NCBI GenBank assembly: GCA_963693365.1
Contig: CAVNZM010000007.1
Location: 3,023,979 to 3,087,978 of the forward strand
DNA length: 64,000 nt
Direction of reading: 5' to 3'
DNA from: Amoebidium appalachense
Lineage: Eukaryota > Protista > Ichthyosporea
Shown: piece by piece, positions 1 to 12,659 of the stretch
How the letters are laid out: each line of letters opens with the position of its first letter
Position numbering within the stretch: position 1 is the first letter of the stretch
The notes under the pieces: model-generated
What the model was told of the DNA's origin: nothing
What the model saw: only the letters and a program-made list of their open reading frames with translations
The model's database searches: none
Translations under genes and position numbers: made by a program

Positions 1-2202
1 GAAGCGAGTTGTAGCAAGATGTCCGCTGCTATCGCAGCGGGCAGCAGCTGCTCATCATACTCTGCACCGAAGGAATTTTGCAGCAAATTTCGGCGACCCA
101 TAGTAGTACGTTATTATTTTATAGTGCGACACGACCTCGTGATCCTCTGCTGTCAAGTTTTCAGTTGAAAGGTGCACAGGGTCAGCTGACTCAGCTCAGG
201 CTGTGTGCTTCCACGGGCTTCCAGGATAGATTTACAACTGCAATCACGGCTTCAACGCAGCTTTGCCAAATGAAATTTGGCCACGTAAAATAAGCTCAGG
301 CAATCCGGCCATCCCATCAGCCACTCAGCGCTGACCGTAATCAGAAGCGCACATTCCGTGTTAGATGAGGGCCGTGCACTACCGGGCAGCCGGGGTCCGA
401 GGCTTAGCTTCTGCCCAGCCCTAGCTGGACAGTTTACAAGGAAAGTCTTTACTTACGGTCTCATGCTGTTTCTAGCTCTAACTGAGTTGAAATGATTGCA
501 CAATAGCACAATGTCTTTTGAAGAGGCGTTCATCTGGATTGCGATTTGGCCAACAGAGCTGGTGTTTGGAATGCGCATGACTCACATGCCACAAAACTAT
601 GCATATTCGGGTGACCAGGTAGTGATCGTGCCGGCTCGGAATTTCACGGTCGCACGAGCATTTATGTATCAAACATATGTAAAAATTTCAAAATTGGAGG
701 TAAAATATTGAACTACATGTCATGGCTTCTTATATTTTTCCATCGGAAATTTGTTTTTGCACGGGTCGCTGCTGCATTTTGAAGCTGTCAGCTGTTCACA
801 GCCAGCCGGTGTGAAGGGCGGATTGGACAACGTTACACGCATTCAACCGTTGCCAACCTGCCATCAATCCCCACGCTGCGGGATACCAGTAAGCGAATGG
901 AAACACCTAATAATTGGTGCAAAAATCGTATATATTCTGAAAGCTTAGTAAAAATTTATTTGCATCAAATAAAACATGTGGTACTTCTAAGGTAGTGACT
1001 ACCTTCAAGTGGATATCCGCGGGGATATTGATTGTGATGAAGCGCAATGGTATTCGATTGCCACGCTCGGGTGACCGTCGCCCACACCGATTGGCTAACG
1101 TTTTTAGCGCCACGCACAGTTTACGCACCCGTTCATTCAAAGATCAGTTATTATCTCAATGTACACATTTGCAGCTTAATTAACAATAAGAATTTAGCGA
1201 TGAAATCTGCAATTTTTCCTGAAATAAACAAGTAAACGCTACTCAACGATATGTGTAGGCCATCATCCCTCCAAGTTCGCGGTCGCCCGTGACGCTTGTA
1301 ATTCTTCAATGATCACAGTCAAACGGTCGTGAGGCAGATATTCGGGTAAATCTAGCGGGAGGAAAAAAGGGATCAATTGACTGCTCCAAATGACAGTGTA
1401 CGTAGGTCTATCAATAGTGTTAATATGCAAGCTCTGACCTAATTGTTAGCATTTATGGAGGGAAGTAATATGCAATTGATTTTCTTATTCATTTAAATGC
1501 ATATTATAGGCGGGAGTCTTCTGCAATCCCGATTGCCCATCATTGAAATTTAAATTTGACCCATTTAAATTTGTGATGTCAATCTGATCATGATGTACAG
1601 TTGCCTTCGAAAATCAATAAATTGGCTGTAAATACAATGTCATGAATGCGCCTTATTTCGCCAACATAAAACATCATTATATGCACATATACAGAATCGC
1701 TTATGTAAGCAAATGTTTCCTCAAAGGTCATTCGGGGATGAATGGATGAATGGGTCATGGGCACGTACCCCGTAAGGTCACGCGAGGAGTCGAGGACGTG
1801 AGCCTGTAAAACCCCAACAGCGATCATACGCATTGAATCTTATCATACGAACTTGAAAGTGGATGCTGATCCATTATCTATAGTAACTGTGCGCAAAACA
1901 TATAAATTTACTATAGTAATGAACAGGAAATATTTTTCTTTTGTACGTTTGTTCTTGCTTATGGCAAATATATTTGATTTGTTCTGTCCTTTTTTATTCT
2001 GACAGTGGCAGCTCTGGCAATCAGAAAACCGCAAAATTCAAAAAATTTACCCAACGCACAAAGCAATTTCGGCATGCCGCGTTTCAGTGATCAGAGTTGG
2101 TCAATTCGTGCGCGTGTCAGTTCACGTTGAACTTTTCATCGGATAGCTTTCAGTTTTTGTTGCTTTGTTGTTGTCAAGGTCGAAAGTGTTTGCCTAGAAC
2201 AC

Positions 2203-2357
2203 CTATATAATAAGGCAGAAAAACAGTCAGCAAATATCACGGCATAGCCTGTAAAGCTTTTGAGTTCTTTTCGTTCAACTACTGTGACATGGCGTCTGCA
2301 TGGTGTCACTTTTTTGCTTCGCTTTTCTGACCCAACATCTGTCTGGTTTCCTTGCAG
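2203..2357 (+). promoter_or_regulatory. TATA-like box and probable 5'UTR intron upstream of GATA-like gene 1
   Basis: ctatataa at ~2203-2210; donor gtaaag at 2251, ctgac branch-like motif ~2326-2330, acceptor ttgcag ending 2357, 26 nt before the ATG. Confidence 0.4.
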
Positions 2358-2382
2358 TTTTCTCTCGCCGTGGTTTCAAAAT

Positions 2383-4305
2383 ATGGAAAGCGGAATGGAA
2401 GTTCAAGCACGCACTCCGTTTGAATCACACGGAGCACTATATGGGACCACAGAACGTACGCCATACTTAGCTGGAATCATGTCTTTTGGTGGTGAAGACA
2501 TCGGCGAAAGCCATGTGGACTACCCCATTCCTAATAAGGTCGCTCGAAGATACAACGGTTCCGAGAGCAGCAGTAGATTTCTCAGTGTATCCGTAGCTCG
2601 AGTGGGCGATGTTGCAGATCAGATTGAGACCCGCTATGATAGCGATAACAGTTATTCCCACCCCTCATCACGCCACTATGCTGGTGTGGTTGCTTCACAC
2701 TCCCCCAACTCAGCTCATTCACCCCCTGTAGTAGCCTCTGAACAACACAAAACTATGGACATGAGCGTCAGGAGGGCACGCAGTGGGCCTACGACGCAAA
2801 AGGAACACGTTGATGACGATGTGATGGACATGAGGGAGTTGCAGCAGACATCTCGATGGGTGAACACGCACGAAAACTACAACGAAGGTTACGCGCCAGG
2901 GAAACCGTCTGACCATTCTGATGGTGCCGACTACAAGGGCTATCATGAACGCGATGGTACGGTGAATGGTGTGGCTGGCAACGAACATGAGGGTAACAGA
3001 GAGGAATACGGAAGGTTGGATGAGCCTTACGACACGGATTTTAGGAGGCCGCGGGAGACCCATTGGCGGGAGGAATATTATGACGGGGACAGGCATGTTC
3101 AGTATTCGGATGACGAGTGGGAGAGGGATCTGGAAGGGTATGGAAGGTACGAGAACCCTGAGGATGGCATCGGCGCTTTGCACGGCCAGCAGGACCACGA
3201 AAAGGGATATGCATACGACGAAATGCCGACACTGCGCAATGTCGAATACCCGTACGAAGGCAGGGATGAGTACAAGTACGGTGCGTATCGCGAAAACGGC
3301 GAACATGTATCCCGCCCCCGCAGCGAAAGACCATATCCGTCAATTTTGCGTAACGGTCAGTTCGCATCCGGCCGGCTGAGTCATGGGACGCCCGATTATT
3401 CCCCACACAGAGAACATGATGAGTTTAAACGCAAAGAGAGCAGCAAGTTGCCGCCGTACGAAGGTTCCCCCCAGACTTGCATTTCTCCCGAGCGTCGTGT
3501 TGGTTCCCCGTTCGTCGCACGTGCACGTGTTTCCTCCCCGCATCCATACGAAGGTCGACACACACGCAGCGCCGCCTACTCCGCCCCCTATGCGCACGCC
3601 GAGCGCCCTTTCCGTTCTCAGTCCAGTTTCGACGAACATTGGGATGCTCCCCAGAGGAGACCTCTCTTGGTCAGGTCCCCAGAAACAGCCGCTGAATGGG
3701 CACGGATGAGGGACGAGCTTCCATCAAGGAGGCCCGTTTTTTCCTCTTCCACTGCCCGCCCACCAAGCCAAAACAAGGTGGGAGGCAGAGGTGACTATCG
3801 CCATTCGGAACCGTACCGCGCGGCGTACGAGTCGAACTCTCAGTCGTATTCGGCCCCTCTTCCGACCCGACCCGATTTCGACGGTGCCGACCTGCACGGC
3901 CTGGCGTCGGGTACCAAGTCCTCGGGCGCCAACGGGGTGATGACGAACAGCGGTAATGAGGATGAGAAGGTGAGAGAGTCGCGGCGGCACAAGGGGAATA
4001 GACCCATGCGGAGATGTTTGTGGACCGGCCCGGGGGGTTGCAACATTACGGAGGCAACACACAAGACACAGTGGAGGAAAGGGCCGGAAGGGCCCGGAAC
4101 GTTGTGCAATAAGCATGGGTTGCAGTATAAGTACCCGTCGGATAAGGAGCGTAGGAATGAGACGAGGAGGAAGACATATGCGGAGAGGAAGAGGCATGAT
4201 GATGGCTCAGGGAAGGTGAGGGCTGTGGGGATGATGTTCCAGGGGCGCCCACAGGGGATGGGGTCGATGCATCACCGCGAGTACCAGGAGTCGGGGGAGC
4301 GATAG
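2383..4305 (+). CDS. Intronless low-complexity protein (~640 aa) with a C-terminal atypical GATA-like zinc finger (C-x7-C-x21-C-x2-H) and basic tail; probable transcription factor
   Basis: Long ORF with first ATG at 2383. Motif CLWTGPGGC...TQWRKGPEGPGTLCNKHGLQY (finger plus basic tail 4015-4179) resembles the GATA core T-x-x-WR-x-GP-x-G-x-x-LCNACGL. Paralog at 26485-27657. Confidence 0.85.
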   Translation: MESGMEVQARTPFESHGALYGTTERTPYLAGIMSFGGEDIGESHVDYPIPNKVARRYNGSESSSRFLSVSVARVGDVADQIETRYDSDNSYSHPSSRHYAGVVASHSPNSAHSPPVVASEQHKTMDMSVRRARSGPTTQKEHVDDDVMDMRELQQTSRWVNTHENYNEGYAPGKPSDHSDGADYKGYHERDGTVNGVAGNEHEGNREEYGRLDEPYDTDFRRPRETHWREEYYDGDRHVQYSDDEWERDLEGYGRYENPEDGIGALHGQQDHEKGYAYDEMPTLRNVEYPYEGRDEYKYGAYRENGEHVSRPRSERPYPSILRNGQFASGRLSHGTPDYSPHREHDEFKRKESSKLPPYEGSPQTCISPERRVGSPFVARARVSSPHPYEGRHTRSAAYSAPYAHAERPFRSQSSFDEHWDAPQRRPLLVRSPETAAEWARMRDELPSRRPVFSSSTARPPSQNKVGGRGDYRHSEPYRAAYESNSQSYSAPLPTRPDFDGADLHGLASGTKSSGANGVMTNSGNEDEKVRESRRHKGNRPMRRCLWTGPGGCNITEATHKTQWRKGPEGPGTLCNKHGLQYKYPSDKERRNETRRKTYAERKRHDDGSGKVRAVGMMFQGRPQGMGSMHHREYQESGER

Positions 4306-4361
4306 CGGGCCGTTGTATTACAACTAGGTGATTTGTGGTACACTCGTGCTGATCAATGTTT

Positions 4362-4397
<36 letters not shown>

Positions 4398-5314
4398 GCC
4401 TCTGCCAAGTGTGCCGTTTTTTTTTGTTTTTTTTTTCTTTTTTCTTTTTTTGTTTTTTTTGCGGTTATCGATGTTGGACGCTTTTTCGAAAGTACTTGAC
4501 GCACATGTACATGTACTGAGATGGTTGAAAATGAGAGTATTATAAAGACCACACACACATTAAATTAACACGTGGGCATTGTGACTTGGCAACGCATTGA
4601 TATTTGGCACCATAGATCAGATAGATTCGGCACTCACATTGAGCACTTTTTTTTTAATTGATGTTGGTGGTATGCAAATGTTGCCTTTTTACGACGGTGA
4701 TCCGTCGCGTATATTGTTTGGACGAAAGTGGGGAGTATGATGACGTTGATTGTTGGCATTTACTGTTATATCTCTATTTTGCGGAATCGTTTCTTTAGGT
4801 AGGCATTGTGGTCTTTTGTATTTCCTACACGAGCAGTGTATATCGTCTGAAAGGTAATTCTTTTCTACCTTTCTTTCTTGTTGAATACCTCTCTCTTGCT
4901 GTAAACGACTTTCATTTTTTCTCCCCACTTGACTCTTGCTAACGAAAAAAATTAATGAATATTTCCTTCCCGTGACGATATTAGCCAGCTTCCCCAGGTT
5001 TTTCACCACCCATGTTGGGTAGAATAATAAGATATGGTATATCTTGTTTATCTGCATGTGAAGTTCTTAATGTATCCTTTTTATGTAGCAGCTGATATTG
5101 ATTTTGAAGTGGGCACGAGTTGCCTGAGAAACCCCGTTTTTTGTAGGCATGAACAGTTTGACGGAGCAAAGGACATCGTATGAAGCATTCTATAAACTGT
5201 TTTTTTGGATCATTCCTGCTGTAATGAAACTTGTCCGCCTCCTCCTCCCCCCCCCCCCCCCCCCCCCCCCACAACACACACACACACGCTCTCTCTCTCT
5301 CTCTCTCCCCCCCT

Positions 5315-5346
<32 letters not shown>

Positions 5347-5611
5347 CGGGGGGGGGGGGGGGGGGGAGAGAGAGAGAAACCGTTACAAACGCTGTGTGTG
5401 CCGCACCATGAGAAAATGTATGGCGTGTCATGGCAATAATAAACAGCATGAAAACACGGGCCGACTGGTTTCTAGAGTGTATAGAGATGCATAACCCCGG
5501 CAATACCTCATACATGTTGACGCCGCCCACCAATAAGAACCCCCCAAAAATGTAATTGTGGGCGCCTTAACTTTTTGTTCTTTATAAAAATGACTCGGCG
5601 CCTGCACCGCA

Positions 5612-5646
<35 letters not shown>

Positions 5647-5778
5647 GGATCCGGGTGTACGTGTGTGTGTGTGGGTGGGGGATGGGGGTCGGGGGGGAAA
5701 GAGGGGCACAGCTAACTTCGGAAGTGCGGGTGGAGGAGGATCCGGAGGGTTGGGGGGGGAGGGAAGGGGAGAAGGGGG

Positions 5779-5820
<42 letters not shown>

Positions 5821-5821
5821 C

Positions 5822-6058
5822 GGGGAGCATTGGATTTAGAAATTTTTGGGCAGTCCGAAAAAAACAACATCTTGATATCTGACTGCAGTGCGTGTTCTTA
5901 TCGGTGAGTGTTCGTAAATGACGGACGGTAATTTTTAAGGGTCCCCACTTTGGCAACAACACGCTATAGGCCAAATCGGGGTTTTTGTAAAAACGTGCAC
6001 CGCGACTGAATTCTGGGGTATTCTTTTTGGCTGGCTGGCCGAAAATTTATCGAAACCA

Positions 6059-6064
<6 letters not shown>
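5822..6064. mobile_element. Diverged palindromic (MITE/foldback-like) element flanked by poly-G on the left and poly-C on the right
   Basis: 5822-5900 aligns by eye to the reverse complement of ~5985-6064 (aaatttt.gg.cag.c.g..aaaaa.aa ... gc.gtgc..gtt.tta), roughly two-thirds identical. Confidence 0.4.
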
Positions 6065-6105
<41 letters not shown>

Positions 6106-6680
6106 AAAAAAAAAAAAAAAAACAGGATCTAGAAGAATAGCGCCCCGGCCAGTCATCGGTTTTCCGCAATTTATTATCCTAAAGGAGGCATTTATCCTAA
6201 AAAATCAGTATGTGTGTTTTAACAACACGTTGTTGTACACTTCAAAGAAAGTGGTACTATCGAGAGTGTCTTTTAAGTGTTGAGTCATTATTTAAAGTCA
6301 CCGAATCGAGTCGAAAGAAGTTTGGAGACATAACATAGTATTCCGAAGGGGGAAGGAGGGGGGGGGGGGGGGGGGGGGGGGGGAAGGAAGGGGGGAGGAG
6401 GGGGGAGGGAGGGGGGTTGCTATATCCAGAGGTGGGGTGGCAAGTGGGTGGGTAGGTGTGGGGGGGATGTGGGTGGAGGATGGGATTTTTGCATGCACCT
6501 GTGTAGTCAGGTACTTAGACGGGCGGAAAAACAGATCGGAATGGGTCTGGGGGGAAGGAACCAAAAAGCGGATAAATGCTTGTGCCCCAGGTTGCCAATG
6601 GGCGTAACATTATCCAATGACATAAAAGTGCCAATCAAGTCTGTGCGCGCATGTGGATGTGTGGTTGCTTTTTTTTTTTT

Positions 6681-6737
<57 letters not shown>

Positions 6738-6882
6738 CAAGGATTGACATATGAGATAGTTTATTTCGCGAGGTTCCGGCGCAAGGCCATAATACGATTC
6801 TATAGACAAGTATTTACATTCAACAACATTAACATGTACTGATTCCAAGTACTATTACATATTACCAGTACTGATGCTTGCA

Positions 6883-7333
6883 CTACTTCTTGCAGCATGT
6901 TTCGAGGGAGCACACGGGCAGCTTCTTGTTTGTGTAGGGCAGGCAGGGCCGGGACTCAGTGGGCCACGTGTCTGGGGGGCACTCTGTTTGTGTGGCGTAG
7001 AACCAGTCCTTGCAGTTCGTGGGCGTCGACCCGCCCTGCAGCCCCTCGCCCTTCCCCTCGCTGCCGCTCCCAGTCTCTGCCAGCCTCCGTGTGGCACGTG
7101 TAGGCCGCTGCGGCACGCAGCACGCATCCACTGTGCACCTGTCGAACACCTCGTGGCCTGCATAGCGCGCACACGGCTCCTGCTGCTCCAGACGTCATAT
7201 TGGTCGGGGCAGGCGCCAATGTCTGAGGCGTCCCACTCGGTGCATGTCATGACGTAGTTGGAGCTCTGTGTGCGGGGGTGGTGGAGAGGCCCGAGGCGAC
7301 AGCCAGAACAGCGGAGAGGAAAACAAACTTCAT
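6883..7333 (-). pseudogene. Small secreted protein with two 6-Cys modules, split over three frames (pseudogene or assembly indels)
   Basis: Signal peptide MKFVFLSAVLAVAS from ATG 7333. Module 1 CTEWDASDIGACP..EPCARY..CTVDACC and module 2 CKDWFYATQTECP..RPCLPY..CSLETCCKK*. Two single-base insertions (~7250-7295 and ~7190-7195) are needed to join the frames. Confidence 0.7.
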
Positions 7334-7806
7334 GGTGGTGGGAGAGAATGGTTTGGCTGTGTGCTTGTATATACCAGATGTTGCGAGACATGCACTTGAG
7401 CTGAGTAGGCTGAGTGCAGGACAGTGGATTCTGATGTTGACTGAATAAGGGTGCTGTTTTTATAGGTGTCTTGTTTACGGTGTTTGAAATAGCTTGCGGC
7501 AAAAAGGCTGTTCCTTGCCGTGAATACGATTGATGAAATGGACTGGCGTTGCATTCCAATCGCCAACACATATGAGGGTGAAGAGCAAATCAGTGACAAA
7601 TCTCGCCTGTTCAAGGCTTACTGATGAGTGAAAAGTATTTCCTTTCATGAGCATTTATGTATCCCTGTATATCATAAGTCTTTTTGTAGTAGTAAGAGTT
7701 TTTTGGTTTGACTTCATGCTTAAACAGACCCGGCAAAAACCAACTCCTTGACAACTCACCGAGTCACCAGGAGTCCCTGAGTCACTGACTCGGAGACTCC
7801 CTGTGT

Positions 7807-8220
7807 TGCGATATTCGAGTAACTTGGAAGGTTCTAGAATAGAGCCGAAGGCTTTTAACGGCCGCAGGCCGTCCCCCCCCCCCCCCCCCCCCCCTGGGCC
7901 GCCAGGCCCTGGGCCACGGGGGGCCACGGCGCCCCCCCCCCCCCCCCCCCCCGTGGGGGGGTTTAGCACGCCCCCCCCCCCCCTGGGCCGCCAGGCCCTG
8001 GGCCACGGGGACCACAGCGCCTCTCCCCCCCCCCCCCCCCCTTTGTGGGGGTTACTAAACCCCCCCGCGGGGGGGGGGGGGGGGGGGCCGCCGCCGTGGC
8101 CCCCGTGGCCCAGGGCCTGGCGGCCCGGGGGGGGGGGGGGGGGGAGACGGCCTGCGGCCGTTCAGGGCTTAAAAGCCTTCGGCTCTATTCTAGAACCTTC
8201 CAAGTTACTCGAATATCGCA
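7807..8220. mobile_element. Foldback / long inverted-repeat element
   Basis: Perfect 52-bp inverted repeat (7807-7858 vs 8169-8220), continued inward by aacggccgcaggccgtc, ggccgccaggccctgggccacgggggccacggcg and poly-C/poly-G arms. No target-site duplication seen. Confidence 0.85.
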
Positions 8221-9079
8221 TATTGCGTGACGTCACCAGGTTGCTATGGTTGTGGCTTCGCCACACCAGAGACTTCTCCAATCAATTTTTTATCAAAGAG
8301 TTTTGTCATTATAAAGAACACATATATATGGCTATTTTACTACCCAGTTTTACGCATAAGAAATAGCAGTCTGTAAACAGAAGAAGGGCGATAGAAAAAC
8401 TCAAAAGAGTCGAGACTACCCAGGATTATATGGGTACCTATATACGTATGCATATATACGGCGTAGTAAAGCTAACAGACACTGCTGCGGGACGGTGGGT
8501 CCGCGTATAGACTCTCTAACTCTCTCGCTTTCTCCCCCCCCCCTTTCCTCTCTCTCCACCCCCCAGCTCGCCGAGCTGCTGAGTCCCTCTTTCCCTCCCT
8601 TTCATCCTCCCACTGACTCTCTCTCCCTCTCTTCCCAACCCTCCCCCCCCCCCCCCTCCCTCTCTCACTCCCTTTCAACCCCCGCACACACCCTCTCTCT
8701 CTCTCTCTGTCTCTCGACTCGTTTGGCGGATCCTTTCTTGAATAATGTTGTAGGCTCATGATCCGTTATATGGTTTTAGGAGGTCCCAAGTGGAACACTG
8801 CGCTCCAACTTCAAGATCTCCCGGAAACACTTTCTTGGCAATTGTCGTGCCAGGGCAGCGCAGCTAGCGCTACCAGGTGCTACGTAGCCACGCATCTTTT
8901 TTAAAGCCACAGGAAGTTCTAACGGGGTTTTAACTCCCTTCACTTGTTCTCAGAACTATAGATAGTGATACTTGGATGTGCATCTGTTCAAAATTTTTTC
9001 ATAGGTAGACTCTTCCATAACACACTATTGCACTAGAACCATTCTTCTTCCAAACATCTTTTTTCTCTTCCCACTCACC

Positions 9080-9117
<38 letters not shown>

Positions 9118-9355
9118 TTCCCCCACCTTCACCGATCTCACCAGTGGCACCTCTTCTGGATACACATCTTCTCGTCCACCTTCTCCCACCCCCTCCCTTC
9201 CCTTCCCTCCCCTCCCCTCCCCCTACCCCACACCCTTTTCCCTCTTCTCCCCCCCCCCCCGCCCCCCCGCCCCCCTCCGCCTCTCCCCTTTATCTTCTTC
9301 CATCTCACCACCACCACTCCTGGATACAACACACCTCATCTTCGTCTTTCCGAAG

Positions 9356-9787
9356 ATGGAGACACGTTCAAGCTCTCACGCCCGCGCTTTCCGCGCGCAG
9401 GCAGCTGCGGCACTCCGCGAGTGTAAAATATGCAGAGAGGACAAAGACAAGGCGACTTTTGCGCAAGTGAGCGCCCTCTGCAAACATGAAAACCTATACT
9501 GTGGGGAATGTCTGGCCCGGCATGTGGAGGCAGAGGTGTACTCCAAGGGCAACACCATGCTTGTCACCTGCCCCAAGCACACATGCCGTGTGCAGCTCGA
9601 GTAAGAATCCCCATCTCCCCCCTCCTCTCTCCTCAACCCCCGCGCTCCCCGCCCTCTCTGCCCCTCCCCCCTCTCCCCTCCCCACCCCCCCCACCCCCCC
9701 CCCCCCCCCCCCCCACAAAAAAAAAGGCCCTACTTGCACCCCATCTCCCTCCCTATCTTTGCCGCCCTCTTGTCTGTTGTCCCCCCT

Positions 9788-9818
<31 letters not shown>

Positions 9819-10020
9819 CTCCACCCCCTCCACCTCCCCCATCCCTTTTCCGTTCTCCCTTCTGCTCCCGTCTCTTTTCTTCAGCCCACGCACATAACCC
9901 ATTCCCAATACTCCCACACTCCTCCCCAACCCACCCACCCACCCACCCACCCACCCACCAAACCCCTCTCCCCCTTCTCTTCTAATGCGATTCTGCCTCT
10001 AAACGGCGACAAGAGTTTTG

Positions 10021-10056
<36 letters not shown>

Positions 10057-10155
10057 ACCCCCCGCCCCTTCCCCCCCCCCCCCCCCCTCCCCCCCCAAAC
10101 AAAGATAAGGAGGAAGAGGAAGAATAAGAAGAATAAAAAATAACCCTTCCGTCTC

Positions 10156-10203
<48 letters not shown>

Positions 10204-10305
10204 CCTTCAGACATGCAGATATCAGGAGGCTTGCTGCGGGCAGTGTGTTTGACTACTACGACAGACAGCTGGTCAGACGCCTGCTGGCAACCATGGAGGA
10301 TTTCC

Positions 10306-10337
<32 letters not shown>

Positions 10338-10380
10338 TGTGTGTATGTGTGTGTGTGTGCGTGCGTGCGCGCGCGCGCGC

Positions 10381-10430
<50 letters not shown>

Positions 10431-10552
10431 ATTGTGTGTGCGTGTGCGTGTGCGTGCGCGCATGTGTGGGTGTGGGTGTGGGTGTGTTGTGGGTGTGTGG
10501 GTGTGTGGGTGTGTGCGCGCACGCGTGTTTGCATGGGTCTGTAATCTCTCTC

Positions 10553-10616
<64 letters not shown>

Positions 10617-12614
10617 GAGGTTGGCGATCATTTCAGCAGTTTTTATAAACGTAGCACAAACAGGAGTGGGGAGTCGGATGTACCATAAGCTCAAAGGCCC
10701 CGATGTGACGCAATCACCATAATAGCGCATATAGCGACCCAATCAAATTTCCACATTAGCACCAACTGACTAAAAGTGACCAATCAAATCCCTCTGCAGC
10801 CGGTGCAAGAATGCGACGTGCGGCAGTGGGCAGGAGCATGTGGTGCAATGCGTGCCGACGCAAGTCATGCTTTGTGCACGACGTGAGTAACCAACCCACA
10901 TACATATAAACAGCCAACTTGAACAAAGACAAAAAAATCCAACAAAAAAAAAACCACCAACCTCCGGGCTCTGTTCAGATAAGAATATGTCCTTTTCCTT
11001 TTATTTTCTTTTCTTTTTCTTTCTTTCTCTCTCTCTCTCTCTCTCTCTTTTTTGGGGGGGGGTGGGTGGGTGGGTGGGTGGGGGTGGGGGGGGGGGGGGG
11101 GGGGGGGAAGGTTTGGTTTCTGGTGATTGTAATTTTTTTTGTCTTGTATCCTGGCTTTTAATGTCTCCTCCATATCCAACCCTCGCCGTTCCTCAAACAC
11201 TCCCCCCCCCCCCTAGTCCACCGTGAGGAAGTGGTTTGCTTATGATGCTTAACTATTTGTGTGTACTTACAGTACTCATTCTAAACTGCCCCCATCCTCC
11301 CTCCTCACCCCCCTCTCCCCGAAAATTGACTGCATTATGATGGGTATCAAGTCCATTCGCAACGTTCAAGTTTGGCACATTACTCAGAATATTGTAGTGG
11401 AAGCCGCGGGGGGAGGGGGGAGGGGGGGGGGAAGGGAAGGAGGGTAAGTGAGAAAGAAAGGATAGGGCTTTATCTAGAAATAGCTAAACTTCGGGCTCCG
11501 TGAAGTTGGTAGCAACCCCCCCCCCCCCCCCCCCCCCTCCCCCCCAAAACACACACACACACACACAACTACAATCAGCAATCAGCAATCAGAAATTAGA
11601 CACCATTAACACTAGACACTTTGCTTTCAAAACCTAAAAAGAAGTATAGGAATACGTAGAGCTTAGTAGGGGTCCGGGGTGAAGAGCTGAGAAGAAAGGG
11701 CCGAAAGGCAATGAGTTTTAGCTTTACTATAATTATTTTTATCACTATTATGATTACTACTACAATTACTATTGTTATTACTAGTATTATTGTGTTGTAT
11801 AAACCACAAATTAACATTTTTTTTCCCTTTTAGAATCTGTCGTGCGAACAGTATGACGTACAGCTGCAGAGGGACGACCGGGCAAACAATGACGTCATTC
11901 TCAGGACCACAAAGCCCTGCCCAAAGTGCTCACGCCGCATCGAAAAGAACAGGGGGTGCAACCACATGACGTGCAGGCGCCCGGGGGGGTACGTGTGTGT
12001 GTGTGTGTCTCTCTGTGTGTGTCTGTCTGTCTGTTGGTGGGTGGGTGGGTGGGTTGGGGGGGGGGGGGGGGGGGGGAGGGGGGGGGGGGGGGGGGGTCGG
12101 TGTGTGGGTGGATGGATGTCTGTGTGTGTGTGTGGGGGGGGGGGGGGGGGGGGGGGGGGAAGGAAGGGGGGGGGGGGGGGGGGTGCCTTGTGTGGGTCCA
12201 GTGGGTGGGTAGGTTGGTGTTTGTGTGTGTGTGTGTGTTTTGTGTGTGTGTGTGCATGCGTGCGTGTGTGTGTGCGTGTGTTTTGTATGTGTCCGTGCGT
12301 GCGTGCGTGCGTGCATGTGTAGGCGTTGCTTGCAGGCGGGATACCAGCTTGTTTGGAACAGAGGCAGGACACAGAAGCATGAAGTGAATGGGAGGAGCCA
12401 GTAAAAAGAGAGTGCTGTACCCCTTGTGTATGCACGTGTGCGTGTGTTTGCGTGCGTGCTTTTATTTTTATTTTATTTTATTTTTTTTATTTTTTTTTGG
12501 GGGGGGGGGGGGGGGGGAGGGCGCGGAGGGAGGCTATCGTTTTCCCCTTCTTGATGAGTGTGTAGGTGGGTGGGTGTGTCTTTGTGTGTGCGCGTGCACA
12601 CGCGCGTGTGTGTT

Positions 12615-12659
<45 letters not shown>

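Noticed and set aside
1-2200. Short ORFs or a structured RNA gene upstream of GATA-like gene 1
   Set aside because: No recognisable protein motif, tRNA or rRNA signature; treated as intergenic or regulatory DNA.
2260-2382. N-terminal extension of GATA-like gene 1 from the TTG at 2260
   Set aside because: Non-ATG start inside a probable 5'UTR intron; ATG 2383 is preferred.
7180-7300. Micro-introns (35 nt and 8-14 nt) that would repair the Cys-rich gene
   Set aside because: Donors GTCGCC and GTCTGG are poor, and no other intron in the window is shorter than ~100 nt.
6956-7333. Selenocysteine or stop readthrough of the TGA after the signal peptide
   Set aside because: The readthrough frame lacks the duplicated Cys pattern found in the other two frames, and no SECIS is recognisable.
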